11,024 nt of DNA, taken from the IMG/VR virus record IMGVR_UViG_3300012155_000036, positions 1-11,024 of that record; one strand, 5' to 3'. Shown here piece by piece: positions 8,858 through 11,024 of the stretch. Position numbers and translations under genes: made by a program. This DNA is from a virus. Its lineage: Duplodnaviria; Heunggongvirae; Uroviricota; Caudoviricetes. The notes under the pieces were generated by a model. That model did not search any database. It worked only from the letters and a program-made list of their open reading frames with translations, and had not been told where the DNA came from. The stretch's first letter is position 1; the number at the start of each line of letters is the position of its first letter.

Positions 8858-9279
8858 TTTCCGAATAGAGTACTCATCGGTGATGTTTCAATCTGTATTG
8901 CGCCGCCGTCTTTGCCGACAAGCTCGTTAGTTACCTTGTCGCCATACTTACGGGGATTCATTCGTGCCAGCGCCCATTTGCGGGTATCAACGCGAAGTCT
9001 TGCCTTTGCCACCTCAGCAGCATCTGGAATCGCAGTGTCAGCAATTTCGAATATCTCTTCGAAAATAGAATCAGCTCGTGCCTCAGTTGCCTTCGCGTAC
9101 TTGTCTCTAAATTCTTCATGCTCTGACAGCCAGCGAAATACAGTAGCCTTTGCTGGCATGCCTGGGCGCTTGCAAACCTTAACCAGACTTTCCCCGGAGG
9201 CAAGCAGCGCACAGATATCATCAGCCACCTCCGGCAGGTAATCCGAAGGGCGACCGACATTCTTTTTCTCAGTCGCCAT
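8854..9279 (-). CDS. Terminase small subunit (141 aa), Sf6 gp1-like
   Basis: 141 aa ORF directly upstream of the large terminase and coupled to it. Translation MATEKKNVGRPSDYLPEVADDICALL...KVCKRPGMPAKATVFRWL suggests an N-terminal helix-turn-helix DNA-binding domain and resembles my recollection of Sf6 gp1. Confidence 0.82.
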   Translation of the reverse strand: MATEKKNVGRPSDYLPEVADDICALLASGESLVKVCKRPGMPAKATVFRWLSEHEEFRDKYAKATEARADSIFEEIFEIADTAIPDAAEVAKARLRVDTRKWALARMNPRKYGDKVTNELVGKDGGAIQIETSPMSTLFGK

Positions 9280-9358
9280 ATTGATTATTTCCCTTCTGCT
9301 TGCTTATCCCATTCATCGCGGAATTTGGATGGGTTGTCGAAACCTTGAATTGCCATGT

Positions 9359-9613
9359 TTATGCTCCGGTAGTGAACAGGTCTAACGCTTCCTTCGATTT
9401 ACGCACCGCTTCGATAGTACGGGTCGTGATATCTGAATTAGCGCCACCTGACTGGAAGTGAATTTTGAATAGCTCAAGCTTCAGTTCGTCAGTGCCAATG
9501 AATTGAAATGCTTCTTCTGCGGCTGCGTTCTGGTTCATGACCAGTTTGTAAATCTCTAACTGGAATTTCTGTTCTTCAGTCATGGGAATAATCTCTGCCA
9601 TTGTTGGCTCCAT
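9359..9613 (-). CDS. Hypothetical small protein (84 aa; 80 aa if it starts at the second ATG, 9601)
   Basis: ORF upstream of the small terminase. The internal ATG at 9601..9599 has the better ribosome-binding site (GGAG, 6 nt spacer); the first ATG at 9613 has only a weak GGA. No family recognised. Confidence 0.5.
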   Translation of the reverse strand: MEPTMAEIIPMTEEQKFQLEIYKLVMNQNAAAEEAFQFIGTDELKLELFKIHFQSGGANSDITTRTIEAVRKSKEALDLFTTGA

Positions 9614-9704
9614 TTATCCGTTAAAGGGGATATCAGTTAAGTTATCCCGTGTAGGGTATAAGCCATTATCAAAGCCACTCTGTAGGGAATGGCTTTTGTA
9701 ATAA

Positions 9705-10085
9705 CTACTGTTCGCTTAGCTTCTGCTTCAGCAAGTAACCTTCGAGCATCCAGATTTTGTTTACAGCATTTTGCCGGGCAATCTTCCGACCAATTTCTGC
9801 ATCAAAGTTTTCCGGGCTTGCACAGGCACTCTCTCCGGTGACGGTGAAGCCATTCTTCAGCACCAGTACGCAGAAAGTGAGCAACTTCAATGGTGATAAA
9901 TCACGATCGCCTTCTTCTGGTTTTTCCCTGCCACAATATTCGTTGCTGGAAATGGCACCATTTCGTCCATCATAAGCAGTAAAGTAATGCTCGCTTTTAA
10001 TCACGTCTTCGATGTGCTGCGGGGTGATTCGCGGTGCCGTTTTGCCTTTCTCAACGATTTCTTTTTCGATTTGCTGGTCGTTCAT
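9705..10085 (-). CDS. Conserved phage protein (126 aa), possibly Gp49-like / DUF2829 family
   Basis: The motif ...LTFCVLVLKNGFTVTGESACASPENFDAEIGRKIARQNAVNKIWMLEGYLL resembles a family I recall as Gp49-like (DUF2829), which often sits near terminase genes. Family name is from memory and unverified. ATG at 10085. Confidence 0.55.
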   Translation of the reverse strand: MNDQQIEKEIVEKGKTAPRITPQHIEDVIKSEHYFTAYDGRNGAISSNEYCGREKPEEGDRDLSPLKLLTFCVLVLKNGFTVTGESACASPENFDAEIGRKIARQNAVNKIWMLEGYLLKQKLSEQ

Positions 10086-10272
10086 AATTATGACCCTGTG
10101 GAGTGGTTGCTTGATTAGGATGTCTTTCCATCAGTCCGCCACCACAAAGAATCTTTTTTGCCATAAGGCTGGAGGTTCATCTTTCAGTGGCTGCCAGTGT
10201 TATTTCCCCACTTACTGGCTTGGGTTGTTTCGTGGTACTGCCGTAATGTACAGACTGGATTAACCTGAGAAA

Positions 10273-10803
10273 TCACACCATTCCGGGCAAATACATTTGC
10301 ACTTCATTTGCCGCTCTCTCACGTGCAACATGAAGCAATCTTTTTCGCCCACCAACGCCCCACTTAGCCATTTGGCTTGCGCACTGGCTTATCGCTTTGG
10401 TTTCAGTATTGATGATGTGATCGATTCTATTCAGACGTGACATTGCGCCAACGCCGAGACGGACAACCGTTTTGAAAACTTCATAAACTTCGATTTCAAA
10501 TTCCGGCTTAATCCATGCTGCATATCTGATTGCCAGAAGTTCAACACCCCACACACCTGGTTCTGCACCACCTTTGATTATTTTAAGTGGTTGAATTTGT
10601 TCCAAAGTGCTTTTTTGCACTTTGGCCTCCAGTGCTTTTATGAAGCGTTTTATCTGCGCGCTACGCAAAAACTGGCTTGGGCGCTGTTGCTCTGTAGCCT
10701 CTCCATTTGCAACTGCTGCTGCATGGAGATCGTTTAAGTTGTAGCGTCCATCCTCATCAACACGAACGGACACACCATTGACAATAACTGTTGGGTACTT
10801 CAT
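10273..10803 (-). CDS. KilA-N domain-like DNA-binding protein (176 aa)
   Basis: N-terminal region ...VNGVSVRVDEDGRYNLNDLHAAAVANGEATEQQRPSQFLRSAQIKRFIKALE fits the KilA-N pattern as I remember it (DG-Y-N-DLH-A-G ... P-FLR). ATG at 10803. About 220 nt of apparently non-coding sequence lies upstream. Confidence 0.6.
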   Translation of the reverse strand: MKYPTVIVNGVSVRVDEDGRYNLNDLHAAAVANGEATEQQRPSQFLRSAQIKRFIKALEAKVQKSTLEQIQPLKIIKGGAEPGVWGVELLAIRYAAWIKPEFEIEVYEVFKTVVRLGVGAMSRLNRIDHIINTETKAISQCASQMAKWGVGGRKRLLHVARERAANEVQMYLPGMV

Positions 10804-11024
10804 CAGTGATTACCTTTTAGTGATGAACCTTGTCACACAGGATTCCGGCCCACAGAAAGGCACCGATCACCAAACCGGCATCCTCAAGGGTCATCCTGAA
10901 AGGTTCTGTGTTCAGAAGTCGCGCGTGTGAAGCGCGTTTGTTGCAGATATAAAGAAGCCCCGCGAATGCGAGGCTAAACCCTGGTATTTGTAATGACTGG
11001 CTCTTATCTCAACGCAGCCCCTTA

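Noticed and set aside
10086-10272. Tiny ORFs in the 187 nt spacer (for example MAKKILCGGGLMERHPNQ..., about 35 aa) considered as a possible Rz1-like lipoprotein or small peptide
   Set aside because: No hydrophobic signal sequence or lipobox context, no good ribosome-binding site, and it overlaps the next gene's start out of frame.
10912-11024. Open minus-strand frame running off the right edge (…RGCVEIRASHYKYQGLASHSRGFFISATNALHTRDF*), a possible C-terminus of an upstream gene
   Set aside because: Only 37 codons, with several rare codons (AGG, AGA, ATA, CGG) and no recognisable motif. An open frame of this length is compatible with chance. Treated as non-coding.
1-11024. Looked for tRNA/rRNA genes, CRISPR repeat arrays, insertion-sequence inverted repeats and integrase or attachment-site signatures
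   Set aside because: No periodic direct repeats, no tRNA-like cloverleaf with T-loop consensus, and no transposase- or integrase-like ORF. The window appears to be interior to the phage late region.

Overview
This window is almost entirely one minus-strand late operon of a P22-like (Sf6-type) tailed phage or prophage, probably from an enterobacterial host. I did not find a convincing novel system; the best lead is a loosely packed trio of small accessory genes upstream of the terminase. Read right to left (the direction of transcription), the window holds those three genes (KilA-N-like 176 aa, a 126 aa protein, an 84 aa protein), then small terminase, large terminase, portal, scaffold, major capsid, a small ORF, a gp4-like adaptor, a gp10-like protein, a 233 aa tail needle, and the start of the next gene running off the left edge. 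Gene order and lengths match the P22 head/tail-completion module (gp4, 10, 26 = 472 and 233 aa here). Family assignments rest on my recollection of P22/Sf6 proteins and on motifs visible in the translations; no database search was run. The structural genes are tightly packed with coupled start/stop junctions. The clearest non-coding signal is a hairpin with a UUCG tetraloop and U-tract just downstream of the capsid gene, which looks like an intrinsic terminator or attenuator. The plus-strand ORFs in the track are all antisense to these genes and I treat them as spurious. No tRNA, rRNA, CRISPR array or insertion sequence is visible.
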